Positions 39,230 to 53,259 are shown, counted from the first letter of the whole stretch. The stretch: DNA of 62,377 bases, filler included, from Basidiobolus ranarum (GCA_040143965.1; 4 parts of 4 records of this genome joined end to end with filler, not necessarily neighbours in it), one strand, 5' to 3'. Notes: generated by a model from the letters alone, not told the origin. Numbers and translations are program-made.

Positions 39230-41139
39230 CTACATAACAGTACAGCTATTGCCAACATCACCATTAACACCAATGACCTTCAAATCCTCCCGAGCTTGCT
39301 CATAATCGTTTTCTTTCTGCTTAGCTTTGATCTCACGGGGGAAATAGAGTTTCATGAAATTCATTCGAGAAACATCCAAGTTTCCGGTATTAGCTTCGGT
39401 TATAGAGTCAGGAGCTCGACAAAGTGGACAACTAGTCAATTTACGTCTTTGAGCTCCAATCATGCATTGGACGCAAAAGACATGTCCGCATTTTAGCCGA
39501 ATGGGCTTCCATGAAATAGCTACATAATAGTTGACTTTTAGTAAATCAACATTTGGTTAAGGATTGAGGTTCTTTTACACTTACACAAGCATATTGGACA
39601 CTGATAATCATCCGGCTGTGGAATAATGATCAACAACTCGGACTACCAACATAAGTGTTAATATCAGATAATGAAATGCACTAAACCATTCACTTATAGA
39701 TTACTTACATGCAAAGCACTGAGAAGGGCTTTCGATAGATTACCTTTAAAAATCATACTAGGTGCCATAAGATCAATAAACCAAGACTTCGCGCTGTTTT
39801 CAAATGAAAAGTTGGTTAGCTACCAATCGGTCCTCAACAAATGGAAAAGTCTTAAATACCTAAGGTGAGTCCTCTTATCATGCTTCTTGATAATCTTCCT
39901 AATTGCAGTTTTGTTGAGTTCATGGAACTGCATGATAGCAAGCAGATCTCGGTTCAGCTGAGATGCGAGATGTTTTAGGATCGCTTCGAACGCATTGATC
40001 AGAATCTCTACTTCAAGAACCTACCATCATAAATTGTTCGAGGGCCTTGTTGGAGTTGCCAGTACGAAATTTTTCGGTCTTTAAATGTGCTATTGTTAGT
40101 TTCGGTTACGTATGATAAGCGCATGAATATTGTAGCTACGCTACCAAAGAGAGACGTGATATTTCTTGGAGGAACCATTGAAACTGCCTTTTGGTTTTTT
40201 CAATGGATTGTGATTTCTGCCAAGCATGATTATTGGCCATCCATATATTTGCATCAAGGTATAAGTTGAAAATCTCTCGCCTTGAAAATAACCCAGCAAC
40301 AGCGTTAAGACTTTGGACACGAATAGCCAACTCATTCTATAACACAAATTTACATACCATATATACATGTCTTTAGAATACGGCGATGCAGTATGAGAGA
40401 TTATGGAACCAAGTTTAACGATCTGGTTTGAGCAAATCTCTTCCATATTTCGCTCGAATTTAGTCAACCCATTGATAGAAGTACTAAGGTTCCCGAAAAA
40501 TTCGGAATCCGTAGGCAACACAAAACTTAAAGCTCTAAGAGATAGAAGGTATGTTAACTCGTGCATTCATTATTAAACATGCGATTTCTCATAGACCTAG
40601 CAGAACTGCTGATAGACTCTGAGTCTTCTGAATATGGAGAATTTCGGGAAGGCTCGTCGTTCAAGTCCATTCCACTGTTTATAGTATCTATTTGGTCTGA
40701 TTGACCTACATACTCATTGGAGATAACCAAATCCTCAGATTCTTCGAAGGTATTGTTTAATGTCAAAGAGCTAAGCTTGGTTGATATCGCTTCCAGCTCT
40801 GGTGTTACTTTCTCAGCATTCTCCTCCATAATTACTTCAATATTAGGAGAAAACTTCTCAACCGTACCTGAAAGTCAAAGTAAGTGTCTATATGCATTCG
40901 ACAGTTCTCTTAAGTAAACGAATCAACATACCAGTAAAAGAATATACAAGTTTGACATGCTGATTACTTTCGATATTTTCTTCTGAGTGCTCCGCTGCAA
41001 GGTGTGCCAAACCACTTTCCTCTAGCTCTTCGACAATACGATTAATACATTTCTTTAGTTGTGCATAGTGAACTACATGTTGTCGCCAATCTTCTGGAAG
41101 TTCCTGTGCCGAAGCATTCAAACTTTTTCCGAACTTCAT
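39230..41139 (-). CDS. SPX-RING E3 ubiquitin ligase (fission-yeast Pqr1/Spx1 and plant NLA architecture)
   Basis: N-terminal MKFGK...W....V.Y..LKK.I and LNKTAIRKIIKKHDKRT (SPX). C3HC4 RING CPIC..ISWKPIRLKCGHVFCVQC...CPLCR, followed by FMKLYFPREIKAKQKEN. Confidence 0.9.
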
Positions 41140-42618
41140 TGTCAGGTGAAAGAAAACGTGCAACAACGTTAAGTCAAAGTCCACTGGTCTTCAATTATCT
41201 TTATCAGTTATTTTATAACAAACTTGAATATTAAAGAGTTTCTGTACTAAAGAAAATTCATGAAATACTGACATTACTTCCGATCATTACGAATAACCAA
41301 TTGAGTGGAACTTATAAATCATATTCTATATTTGGAAGAAAGTGGCAATTATAGCGAAAACTGCAACCTCATGGCAGAATTCAATCAGTTGAAATATGTG
41401 TATGAAACCATTACATGATACATAACACAAGCATATACAAGCTAAATACGCTAAATTCGTTAAATATACTATATTTTGGATGAGTCTAACTTTAATAGCT
41501 ATCAACCGCTTCTACATTTTGCCACTTCCTGTTGACTTCACTTTCTGCCATCGGCCATAATTACTTCATTTAGTATGTATATCATAGATCACGGGTTCTC
41601 TCTCATCTTTAAACCCAATTAACAACCTTCAACCTGGGGTATGGTTCTTCTCTTTGTGTCTATTGGCTCAATCTCTTTTACCGAGAATTTCTAATGTTAT
41701 AGTAACAACCTAAACTGATCAATCATATACACCATTAATTTTAATCAAAATTGATCGGTCAATTTTGAAACAACTCAATAATCCATATATCATCAGTGAC
41801 CACCACAGAGCATTATACATGCTACATGTTAAACTATTCCTCAATGAAAGCTTATCTAAACATCTGTTCCAGTGTGTTCTCCCATCTAAAAGCAGCTCTA
41901 AGATTCTACACTTTACTTTTTTGTTATTAGATGGATATACTGACTAATATGTTAAAGTATTTTGGGAGCCTAAGTGGTTTGGAGAACTAGAGAAATTGGT
42001 GGTTTTCACTTATTGATTTATTGAGTAGAAAGTTGACATTTATAATTTTTCAAGATTTAGACAAAATAACGTGTAGAATATGTCAAGGAAGGTCCCAGGA
42101 ACATGTGTACAGTGTTTGGGGCTTCTAGCACAAGTTTGAAAAATCTATATATCTGAGAACTTTAAGTAAATTCCGATATAGAATAATGGGTGATATCTTA
42201 GTTCAATACAGGATAACTAAATACCAAGCTATATACGACTATATAGGTGTTTAGGCAATGCTAATTTCAACAATATTAACCAATATATTTTAGACATCAT
42301 TGAACCACAAGCTTAAGTGCTTCGTTTCCCATATGAGGATACCTGTTAAATGTGTTCAAGTCTTTAACTAGGTTCTGAGTATCATAAAGAACTTTAATAT
42401 TCATACAAATATTGAATTTCATCCTGTATCAACATAAGATCTTTATGGTTTTGAATAATACGGTAAGAATTGCAATTTCTGACGCGTTCAAGGATTTCGT
42501 GAATGTATTTAGTCACGTGATCGGGAGTGGTAATTTTTGTCATTCAGGTTCATATTCGGCGTATGCACTTCATAGAGATTTTTGTTTACTAGTATTAACA
42601 TAGTAATTGTAAAATACC

Positions 42619-44934
42619 ATGGACGATCTCTCAGACGAAATTCTTGCTTTGGTCGAAAGCGGAGACGAAAGTAACTCCCGTAACGCACGTAAGCGTCGTA
42701 GAAGAGCTCGGTTAGAAAATAGTTTTATTGGAGTTTAACCGGATTTGTTAATAGTTACTAAACACATCCCCGTCAAAATAGGGATTCTGAAGAGGAAGAT
42801 AAAGGGAAATCCTTCTCAGACGATCAGTATTCAGACTTAGAAGAAGCTGTAGATGAATATGGTCCAGATTTGTATAAGGATTCTGAAGATAGAAGAAGGT
42901 TTTCCTTTCAAAATTGAATTTTTATAGTTGTTGCATTTTTACTGATCTTGTGGGTATTTTTAGACTTTCTGCAATGACAGAAATGGAACGTGAGGGTATC
43001 TTAACTGAACGTGCTGAAAAGGTCGGTTTTGTTTATTTCATTGTTGTTTTCCCCTTAAAATATTATTAACCCTTACTTCTCACTACAATTAGAGACAATA
43101 TCTTCTTGAACGTCTCGAGGTTAAAAAGAAGCTTAAAGCTGGTCAGCGAAAAGACGATCCCACCAGAAGTAGGTTTTTTTGTAATATAGTATAGTTAAAG
43201 TGGTAATGTTAATCGTTTCTTTAGGATCTTCTAGAGCAACAGCACGCGAAAGTGAAAAGACTAAAGGATTATCGGAACTAAGAAGACGAAGAGAGGAGAA
43301 AAGTACACGTCATGTAAGAGAGCCTCAAATAAGACTATAGTTTCTCAACTTTACTAATTTGGAATTTTAACTTAGAAACGTTCTAACAGCCCACGTAGAA
43401 GCAAACGTCGTTCACCATCATATAGTGGACGTAGCGATTCCGAAGACGATTACAACTCCGATCGCGACTCCCATAGAAAAGTAATTACAGCTCTAAATTT
43501 ACCTGATTCTTCTATTACTCATTATTTTTTAAACCTTTTTCAGGAAAAAAGAATCGCAAAGCTAGAGGACCTTAATGAAGTTAGAATAGGAAGAGATCTC
43601 TTGGAAAAGTGGCTTCATACTCCCTTCTTCGAAAAAACGATTATCGGTACTGTTACTACTAATGGTTTATGTATATATATTATCACAAGGAACACTTGCT
43701 AACAATTCTGATTAATAGGTTGCTTCGTTCGTATTGGTCTTGGTGTAGACGAAAATAAAAACTTGGTTTACAGAATCTGTCAAATTGAAGGTGATATCAG
43801 TGAAATAGATATATAGCAGGTGAACATAAACTTACAGTATTTCCACGGACAGATGTGACAAAATACCATCGCCCATATCGTCTAGGCAACACAATGACTG
43901 ACAAAGCATTGTTACTAAAACACGGGAAAGCGGAGAAAGTATTCTTGATGGATATTGTTTCCAATGGAGATTTTACTATGGTAATTGCTACGATCCAAGC
44001 TAGATCAGAGTATTTCACTTTCTAATCCACCTTTTTATAGCACGAGTACAAAAGATTGGAAGCCACAATTAGTGCCGAACATCTCAAAATGGCAACTTTA
44101 GATCATGTAGAAGAGAAGAAGAAGGACCTCGAAAAAGCCCACAGCTATGTGTTATCGGATGTTAGTACCAAAGGGTGTTTATTTTTCTACGTTTACGAAA
44201 TAACCATTCGACACCACCATATTGTAGGCTGAAATCAATGCAATGATTCAAAAGAAAACGGAGTTTGCTAAAGCGCCTCTTAACACTGCCATGGAGAAAG
44301 CACAAATAATTAGACTTAGAGAAACGGCCGAGCAATCTGGAGATCATGAGCAATATCCTTTATATACCAGTTTCTGACATACTTTCTAGATAGTTACGTA
44401 CATACCCGATTTCCTTAACTCAACATTACAGTTCAAAGGTTAAATGCCAAGCTAGCTGAACTCGACGAGCTTTCAAGTGAACGTAAAAAAGGCAATGGCA
44501 ATAGATTAGATGCTTTAGCGGAGCTCAATAAGCGCAATCGAATGATCAATATGCGTGAAGGTGCAAAAGCTGAACATCGCTTTAATCAAGATAAGCGGTC
44601 TCGAAGTAAGAAAACAAGTATCTCTGTAGCAATTGATCTCGATTACTGATTCATATTGTAGTTCAAGATCCTAAAAACCCCACGACACCATTACCAAGCA
44701 GAGTATCTACTCTACGCAGTAAACCGTAACTAACTTTCATAACCTTCCTGGACAGGGATTCTTGTTAACCTTGATGATCTTTTTCTTTTCAGGATTGATG
44801 AGCCTCCTTCACCTGGAAGTGTCAATTTCAAACTTCCGGAAATCCCAGATGATGAAATTACTATCGATCGACCTTGGTCTAAATACGAGTTGCTAATCTC
44901 TTCGATTCCAATTAATGTAGAGTGTAATTTGTGA
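42619..44934 (+). CDS. RTF1: Paf1 complex subunit Rtf1 (Plus3 domain), many exons
   Basis: LYKDSEDRRRLSAMTEMEREGILTERAE; Plus3 [24 protein letters not shown]...YRICQIE...FLMDIVSNGDFT; ELNKRNR. Confidence 0.92.
44353..44429 (+). other. U12 (minor spliceosome) AT-AC intron in RTF1, 77 nt
   Basis: 5' ATATCCTTT, branch site TTCCTTAAC at 44411-44419, 3' AC. Splicing gives in-frame GDHEQ|VQRLNAKLAEL. Confidence 0.92.
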
Positions 44935-45230
44935 GAATCTCGATGGCCCATTCAACAATCCATGTATATTTAACAGTTTTATACATTATCTAATAAATAT
45001 CAAATGTTCTCGTCAAATTATGAATGCCAAACTGTCATGTAGCAATTTATTGGATTTTGTGTTTGTATATGCTGGTACCCTGTTGATAAGAGCCCATCCT
45101 GGGAAAACCTAAGGGGTGTTTGATGATTGTTTATCACATATAATGGGTGAACAGAAGAGAGAAAGTGCCAGTTCTTTCTTTAGGTAAAGAAACCGGATAT
45201 TCTTTGTGTGTAGAAAGGAGGATTTCAATA

Positions 45231-45762
45231 TTAGTGATGACTTGAATCTTTCCCGATCACTAGTGTATCTTGAGAAAACAGTAAAAACCCAACAAATGCA
45301 CCCAAAATAACACTCAACATCAGGAAGCCATTGAAGGACATAAAGACCAACATCAGGCAAAATGATATTGAAACTTGAATGGTATACATCGATGAGCGAA
45401 TAACCTGCTCACTATAGCTCAGCTTCAAATTAGTATTGACCTTCTGTATGTCCACAAATAGGTGTGCATCCTTCTTTACTCGAGTGTTGATTCCTCTACG
45501 TAGTACTATCTGATGGTCTAAGATACGGGAAACTAGTCGTGCTAATTCATATGTCAATGAAAGGCAGAAAGTCCCAATACAAACGGCTAGTAATCCAGTG
45601 AGCGTCCGTATCTGCCAGTTACTGAATATCACACATATATTTTGATAGTCCCAATTGAGGGCCATCTAGATTGTCGAGTTAGCACTCACATGACCGTAAA
45701 CAAAAGTAAGAAAACTAACTAACCTGGCCCATACAAGGGCTATTAGAAGTGTGATGTTCCAT
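45231..45762 (-). CDS. CTR2: Ctr-family copper transporter (Ctr2-like), 2 exons
   Basis: M..NWD..NICVIFSNWQI, YE..R, MLVFM (MxxxM), and GAFVG. Intron 45666-45723. Confidence 0.88.
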
Positions 45763-46164
45763 CTCGTTATCCTTTAGAAATCTTACCAAGCTCGTGACAA
45801 TAGGCAAAATAAGCAAGATTACAGCTGAACAATAAACATACACTCGATTACATCCTTTTTATCTACCTTGCGCTCGAAACTTGAGGCGTACCAGATTGTA
45901 TTGCAAGTTTCGACTCAGAAGACTATTTCCGAATCTACGGAACTTGTAAGCTATCAAATGAAGATCAGGTTTCAATTTCGTACTAGCACAAGTCTCCGAG
46001 GATCCATATTCAAAATGAGACAGTGATTAGGAAATTTCTCATTCAAAATGAAACAAGGTTTTATTAAGTGTTGAATCAGAACGGTAGAGTACATATTTGT
46101 ATATTACACCAAGAATGTGAAAAAGTGGTAAATGGCATATTTGCGGCACCTTAGCGCCATTACC

Positions 46165-46820
46165 TTAATCCATAAAGCGGCAAATGGGAAGTCTGTATTC
46201 ATTGAGAGTCCAGTATCTATCTTTGACTCCTTCCCAAATTTGATCTGCAGATGGATCGATGTTGATAGGAACATACTCGGTTACCAAACCCATTCCACGG
46301 AGGTCAATCTCAGCAACACGGCAGTAAACGTCGTGGAAAAACTGGTTGGTAGCGCCGAGTCCATTGAAGAAAGAGTAGATTCCATCGTCTTTCAAGATGT
46401 TAGGAACGTACTCGTGGAATTCACGTAAATCAGCATAAAATTCTCCAAATGTGTCGAAGAAAATACCGTCAAAGGCATGCTCAATCTGATCCATAACATC
46501 TTGCCAGCGACCAAAGAGGATTCGGACACCTGGTTTTTTGTCCCATCCAAGCTTCAACATGTGAGCATAGACATCTGGATGAGCTTCAATAATGGTGTGA
46601 GTACGAGGCTTGTACTTCTGGATCTCGTCGTCAATTAACCCAAGCCCAAATCCAACATTGAGGACATCAAGACCTTCTGAAGGGCATATAATTTTGGCAT
46701 GACGCTCCATCAAAGGCTTTTCCCAGCCCATCATAACACCATTCTTCTCCGCATCCAATAATTTCTCATCCTCGTAAATCAATGGTTGAGATAAGTAATC
46801 CTTGTTAGCGGCTTCCTCTT
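46165..46820 (-). CDS. RMT2: Arginine N-delta methyltransferase, C-terminal part; the 5' end is in the gap
   Basis: GVMMGWEKPLM, VLNVGFGLGLID, HTIIEAHPDV, GRWQDV, FDGIFFDTFGE, SFFNGLG, RYWTL..YRLPIC. Confidence 0.92.
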
Positions 46821-46920
46821 NNNNNNNNNNNNNNNNNNNNNNNNNNNNNNNNNNNNNNNNNNNNTTAATTAATTAANNNNNNNNNNNNNNNNNNNNNNNN
46901 NNNNNNNNNNNNNNNNNNNN
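46821..46920. other. Assembly gap with TTAATTAATTAA linker
   Basis: N runs plus linker. Confidence 0.98.
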
Positions 46921-47814
46921 TGGTAATCAACGGAACGGAGAGGTATCTTGCACTAACATGGATTGATGTTCCAACATGTCCGGAACTCATACTGCACCTG
47001 TCAAACTGGCTCTGTGTACATGTACTTGAGTATCTTTAGTCACAAACAGAATACATGGAACCACTTCTTGAGTCACACCTCTTCAGCCTTATTGATCGTA
47101 TATCACTCGTTCAATCGCTGGGTATGTCTACCTTAGGAGCTACGATAGGCACCTTGTGTAGTATGATTGGCTGGCTCTCACTGACATTCCGATGGAACCC
47201 GAAGTAGAGTGAGATATTCCCACGGACACAAGAAATCAATAACGAATGCAACTTGGGTTATATTGAAAGGCAGTGCATGTTAGTCATGAAACCGCTCAAT
47301 AAATGTATCATCCATACATACCTGGGTCTTAATTTCTGTACTATTGATGGGATTCACTCGACTCAAGCATCGGCTTTCTTGATACTTGGATGCACATATA
47401 AAGGCGCTGTACGATATCACCGGGAAAATTACCCACAGGTTTTTATTCAAATTTGAACCGTGTACAACTGTGCTCATTCAAGAATAGACATGATTGATGT
47501 TTACATCCGAAAGTAGCCCAATTCGTCATCAGTCTAAGCTTTTAGATTTTTATATGTAGGAATGAAAATTTGATTGCTATCAACCCCACATGAGGCCACA
47601 TGCAGTCCTTGTTATGTTTTTAAAAATGCAGGTGTATTTTTCTAATTCAAACTCGAAAAAGTTTTAGAGCAAGTCAAAGAGATATGCTTCTCTATTTACA
47701 GTGCTTCAAGAAGAAATTCACGATCAGATGAAATGTAGGAAAAAGATGATGTTAATTTGCGCTAAACAAAAGGAGATGGAATGCTTTCTTTAAAAGAGGT
47801 AGGTCTGACTTTTC

Positions 47815-48324
47815 TTATTCAGCAGAAGCACCTTGCTTTTCAGATAAATCCAGTTGGAATTTTTTATGAAGCTCATCGAGTCTATTCATCTCCTTATTGA
47901 TTTTTTCGATCAGTACCTTTTTCTTGCGCTTCAATTTATTCAATAGTTCCAAATGCCACTCCTCTGGCTCTTGATCAACGGGTAGGATATCGCGTTGACG
48001 AACACCATCTAATTGCTCTAATAAACGAAGCATCATCTCGGGAATACCGCGCAATTGATTATCGATACGCCTAGCCAAACGAGAATCATACTCGGAGCTG
48101 TTGAATTGTTTAATTAATCCAGAAACGTCCTTGACGTTGTCGTGAACAAGCGACTCAAAGGAATATCTTATCTCGGTCACTTTACTCTGAAGCTTGTTGG
48201 CTATTTGAAGAGTATCTTGACGTTTCTTATGATATAAATGATCTTTAAGAAGTAGATAACTAGCCAAGAAAGCAACCGAAGCGACAACTGTTGCTCCAAC
48301 GATGAATGTTCTCTCGGCAGACAT
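47815..48324 (-). CDS. N-terminally membrane-anchored BAG-domain-like protein (Snl1-like topology), intronless
   Basis: TM segment FIVGATVVASVAFLASYLLL. EMMLRLLEQLDGV...KRKKKVLIEKINKEMNRLD matches the BAG helix 2/3 pattern (E.L...L..LD.+ ... RK..+..+...L..LD). Confidence 0.6.
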   Translation of the reverse strand: MSAERTFIVGATVVASVAFLASYLLLKDHLYHKKRQDTLQIANKLQSKVTEIRYSFESLVHDNVKDVSGLIKQFNSSEYDSRLARRIDNQLRGIPEMMLRLLEQLDGVRQRDILPVDQEPEEWHLELLNKLKRKKKVLIEKINKEMNRLDELHKKFQLDLSEKQGASAE

Positions 48325-51199
48325 GACTCGTATAAGATATAAAAGGGAAGCTATGGTATCGCCTCTCACGAAAGCTTAGATATATCTTAACAGCGACAAA
48401 ATTTTCGATCAACTATTTGAAATCTCTATATTCCTAAATCTCAGTGTCTCGGCATAGAATTTTGCAGATCACACGTCACTATTGGTCAATGAAAACAAAA
48501 GAGAAATGATCGAACTTCATATAGATAGAATGACTGATACTACATGCAAGACAAGGCGCCAAATTATTTTTTGTCAATTTTATCATTAGTATGACCATCT
48601 ACATTCTTTACCAGAGTCCTGTTTTATTTATTATAAATAAGAGTCACCATATACTGTACCCATTTTTCAGTAGAGTAAGCTTCATCTGCTTGTGGAATTC
48701 ATATACAAAACTTAATAGCATAGAGATTGATTAAGTCTCTATAATATGTGAAATAACATTGTATTTGCAGATATCTCCCAGGTTGCATTTTTCAACTGGT
48801 CTGGTAAGTGAGCTTTGTATTTGTAGGGGAGCCCAAAGAAAAATATTACAATTTGTATTTCATGTAATTTTCCTACTGTTTCTCAATGGTATTCTGGTGG
48901 CATTGCACTAATTCTCTCATGGTAAATCCAAATTTTGAATTTTCCTCTGGTATTCCGCTGGTATTCCTAGGTCTCAGCTTGTATTTCCTCTGGTATTACT
49001 ATGGTATTCATGCCCATATTTTTCATAGGGGAGTTCAATCATATAGCATAGATTATTTCAACCAAACTACAGACAATACTACTGCTTATATATATCTTTC
49101 AAATATCTTGGGATGCTCAGTTATATGAGATTTTCATATGTAAAGATACAGCCTTATTTCTAGGTACCTGTGGAATGAATCTGAAAATATTTTATGACTA
49201 CCATATTACTTATTCTATTCTATATTATCTGCGTTAATCATTGGAAGGAGTGTCTCTTTGGCGGCCACTGAGTAAATTTGAACCACTGATAATTGTCCAA
49301 ATACTCACTCATCAGCCTATTAAAGTAATGCCTGCACAAAGACAGTACACTCAGCTCTACCCCTCATGTCAAACTCTAAGCTTATCCAAGATAGTTTTGC
49401 AGGGCGAATGCTTGTATTTGTAGGTGTAAGTACATATCCAGAAAATCATTCTTTCTGATCATTGTAAACTCCATCTTGACTCAATAGAGACATAAATCAG
49501 TGAAGTGGCTTTTCCATAACAACTAGCTACATACTGATGAGTAAGTGGTAGCGTTGACAATAGCATGTTCTACTCCTGATTTAGTTTACCTGCTATTTCC
49601 TGTATGCGCATACTGTAGGACATATGAGGGATGAGAGGCAACAAAACGTTTGTTCAAGCAATATCAAAGCCACTTTCGTTGGTCTTGAAAATCCGATAAG
49701 AAATGTTCATTCACTGTAACAATGTCAATAACTATGTATAGCCCCTGAACACTGGATTGGCCAGAAAATAATACAGCTTCAAAACTCCAAAAGTCCTGTT
49801 GGTACGGCCGACTCAATATAGCATTTATGAGCTCTGTATAACATTCAAAATGTTGAGACTGTCAGGAGTATCAAAGAACAAAGCTTGTTTGTAGTAAAGT
49901 TACGAACTAATAACATACAGTAGATAGTTGTCTACTCTCAAATTATTCTTCATGGTGCCACTCCCAACTGCCTGAAACAAGTAACTAGATCGTGAGCTCT
50001 TAGATCTTGGGAGTCACGTGAACAGATATAGGATTCAGATGAATGCATGCTCAACTCTCTGGAGTTATTATCGGCCTAAACCCGGAACAAGATGGATTTA
50101 TAACACTCTTGATTTAACTAGAATTGTTTGAAACTCTTAGGAGATGCAGTCTCACACCCCTGCACTCTCGTCCAAACTCACTAGGTTTTACAATATTCAC
50201 AATGGCTAAATTATGACTTAGCAAGTCCGCTAATTGGCAGGATGTTTGTTTGATACTGATCAAACTAGTGGCGGAGCTTCTTTAAGAACGTTTTACCATG
50301 GACAGACCAATGCAAAGTTGGATCTTGATACAGAACTAGAACTCTGGAGATTGTCGGGTTTTAGCCGTCATCGTCTGGAGGTTCAAATTAGCCAAGGCTA
50401 ATTAAGTTCCGTGCTAGCGTTGAGGGTAACGTAACTACCAGCCAGAGGTACTCAGTTGTATAGTATATATGATGATATAATTATATAAGATCGATTCAGG
50501 TGATATGGGGTTGCTGTCATATATCTATGCCAAATCATTCAAGTTCGATTAGGAACGCTACTGGAGGGCGGATGTAGCTTAGACCTTGCACTAATCAAAT
50601 CCCAGCTGTAGGTCAAGTGGTGTATATAAAAGTAACAACGGCTCGTGTCTTCATTTGCTATCCAGATTCTGCGAGCATCATCTTTACATGGTCTACCATA
50701 ATTGGGAAACACATGGCATATATGGAAACATCTATTGTGACAGCATCCAATATAACAACTATAGTCTCAGCATTTACATTGATGATCATATTATCCAAAA
50801 TAGTAATTAGTTTTGGTGTGATGAGCATATATTCGTAAATAGATTTCATCTGGCTGAACACTGATAAATCGAACATGTATCAGATCATTCAGAGTGAATT
50901 AAAGTGCCTAAAGTGCCCATTGAGTACTCTCATTAGTTTATATGAGCATCTCACAAACCAACAAATTTTATATAAATAGCGCGTTGTCAATCGTTTGTTC
51001 ATCAGTTTTTCCCTCTCTCTTTTGCAATCCCTGTAGCAGTCACGGCTATCCTCATAAAATTATACTGGCTAGCTGTGGTTCCTGTTCTCTTTACTCAGTA
51101 ACGTTAAAACTAATACCAAATCTGCGTATACATATTTAAACCCGTCTTAATCTCTATACACCTCAATAATATAATTACTTGCTCAGTCCATTGTCAAAA

Positions 51200-52186
51200 A
51201 TGCCTGCTTGGGTGTCAACTACCTATCGTCCGAGTCCTATCATTGGACTTATTCTCGCTTTTCTTCTTTCTTCGATGCTGGTTTATTATTCACTTACATT
51301 GACGTTCTTCTCATTCGATGGGTATACTACTTCCCAAGATTTCCTATCACAAAACTTTTGGAAACTAATTATTTATATTCTGTAGCGATATTGAGATGAA
51401 ATTCCCGAAAAACATGGATGATGTGAAGGAACTTGCATTGGCACTCTCTGAATTTATGAACGGGCATTATTTTTCCGTTCTTTATTCTTACATTGTACTC
51501 TACATTTTGTAAGTTAATTAACATCTATAGCTACACTGATAGTTTTATTTACCTACTAACACATTATATATCTAGTCTCCAAGCTTTTGCCATCCCTGGA
51601 AGCGCCATGCTTAGTGTTCTAGGTGGAGCTCTATTTACAAAATGGCCCGCCTTACTCTTAGTCTGTCTATGCTCCGGGCTGGGTGCAACTATATGCTATC
51701 TAATATCATATTACATCGCTTCTCCCATAGTTGAAAGATATTTAACGGAACGTTTGGTCGATTGGAGTGAACAGGTGAGTTTTTTCTGTATAATATATTT
51801 ATTTCTGCTTCCACTAAGCTATCGTGTAATAGATTGCTCGTAGGCGTGAACATCTGCTGAATTATCTGATGTTTTTGCGTATCACACCAATTTTGCCCAA
51901 CTGGTTCATTAACATCGCATCACCACATTTGGATGTTCCTGTTGGTGTATTCTTCGTAGCTACATTCATTGGAGTTGCCCCCATATCCTTCTTACATGTC
52001 CAAGCTGGTGTAGCTATACAAGAGCTTTCGGCTGGAAAGGAGATATCTTTATTTAATTTCACTACTATTTTGACAATCACCATAGCCGCCTCCGTCTCTT
52101 TGCTACCTGTGATATACAAGAAAAAGAATTCAGAAGATATGCCCACAATGTCTCAATCAGAGAGATCTCCTCTGTTACCCAGATGA
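51200..52186 (+). CDS. TMEM41/VTT (DedA, SNARE_assoc) family membrane protein, 4 exons
   Basis: MKFPKNMDDVKEL, YIFLQAFAIPGSAMLSVLGGALF, GATICY, NYLMFLRITPILPNWFINIASP. Confidence 0.9.
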
Positions 52187-53259
52187 AAGTTCCTCTCGCA
52201 GCTATTGCTGTGTAATTTCACACAGTTTACTCAACATTTTTAAGTCGCATCTTTTACTGAATCTGAATTTGCTCCTATCACACCTCTGTACCCTTCTGTG
52301 ACTTAGAACTGGGTTTGATTCTCCAGTCTTTCAGTTTTTTATTAGCTGTTACGTTTACGTTTACCTATCATCATATAATATTGGCAATGTTATTTTGAAA
52401 ATGATCGAGCTTGTTGTAAATATATGAAATCCCATTTTCCATAGAAAACGATGCTCTTCTAATTTACATTCTTGACGACGCTGGCCTTTATGACTTAATG
52501 AGAGTATAGTGGTAAGACGAAAGTTCAGTTGATTGGTTTCTATTTGTGGTTGGCATCATTTTTGTTAGTTTTGGTGATCAAACACCTGGGCACACTAACT
52601 TGTCTTACATACTTGAGTTTGTACACCACTTGATTGCGACAACATTCATTAGTATTAGCCGCCTTAGAATAAAATGCCACCAACAGCCGGCAATAATGAA
52701 CTTACTTAAACCGATAGAAACAAACAACTTGAGTCTGCATATCTTGAATCTATATTTACTTATTACCCGCACTCAAGCGCAACTCATCGTCACAAACCTT
52801 TTGTCTGTATATAATAAAATTAATGTTGCAAACCCTGCAGCTTCAAACAGGCCGATTCAAATAGATCACTTCAATGAGCACATCCCGGATTGATTATCTA
52901 GATGGAATTTGAATGCAGTCTCCCACTGTTTGAATGTGACATGTTAAACAGCTGTGGCTAAGGCAGCCAGATTTGCAACCAAACTATGTGAAGAGATTGA
53001 TGCTTTATAGACACCCTTGACTGGGGCCACTATCAGATTTATTATGGTAAGGACTTTATCCACATTATAATACAGGTTCCTATGAAAATCTATCATCGAG
53101 AAGAAATTTATTTGTATATGCAATGAAGCCATTATTTATCGAAGAGAAAGAAATCAGTAATTTTTAAAGAGAAAAGAAAAATGTGCTGTTCAAAGAGTTT
53201 TGAAGGGTTTGAAACAGCCAAGTGCCACATGAGTTAAAGAGAAATGCAAGGTTCATGCT

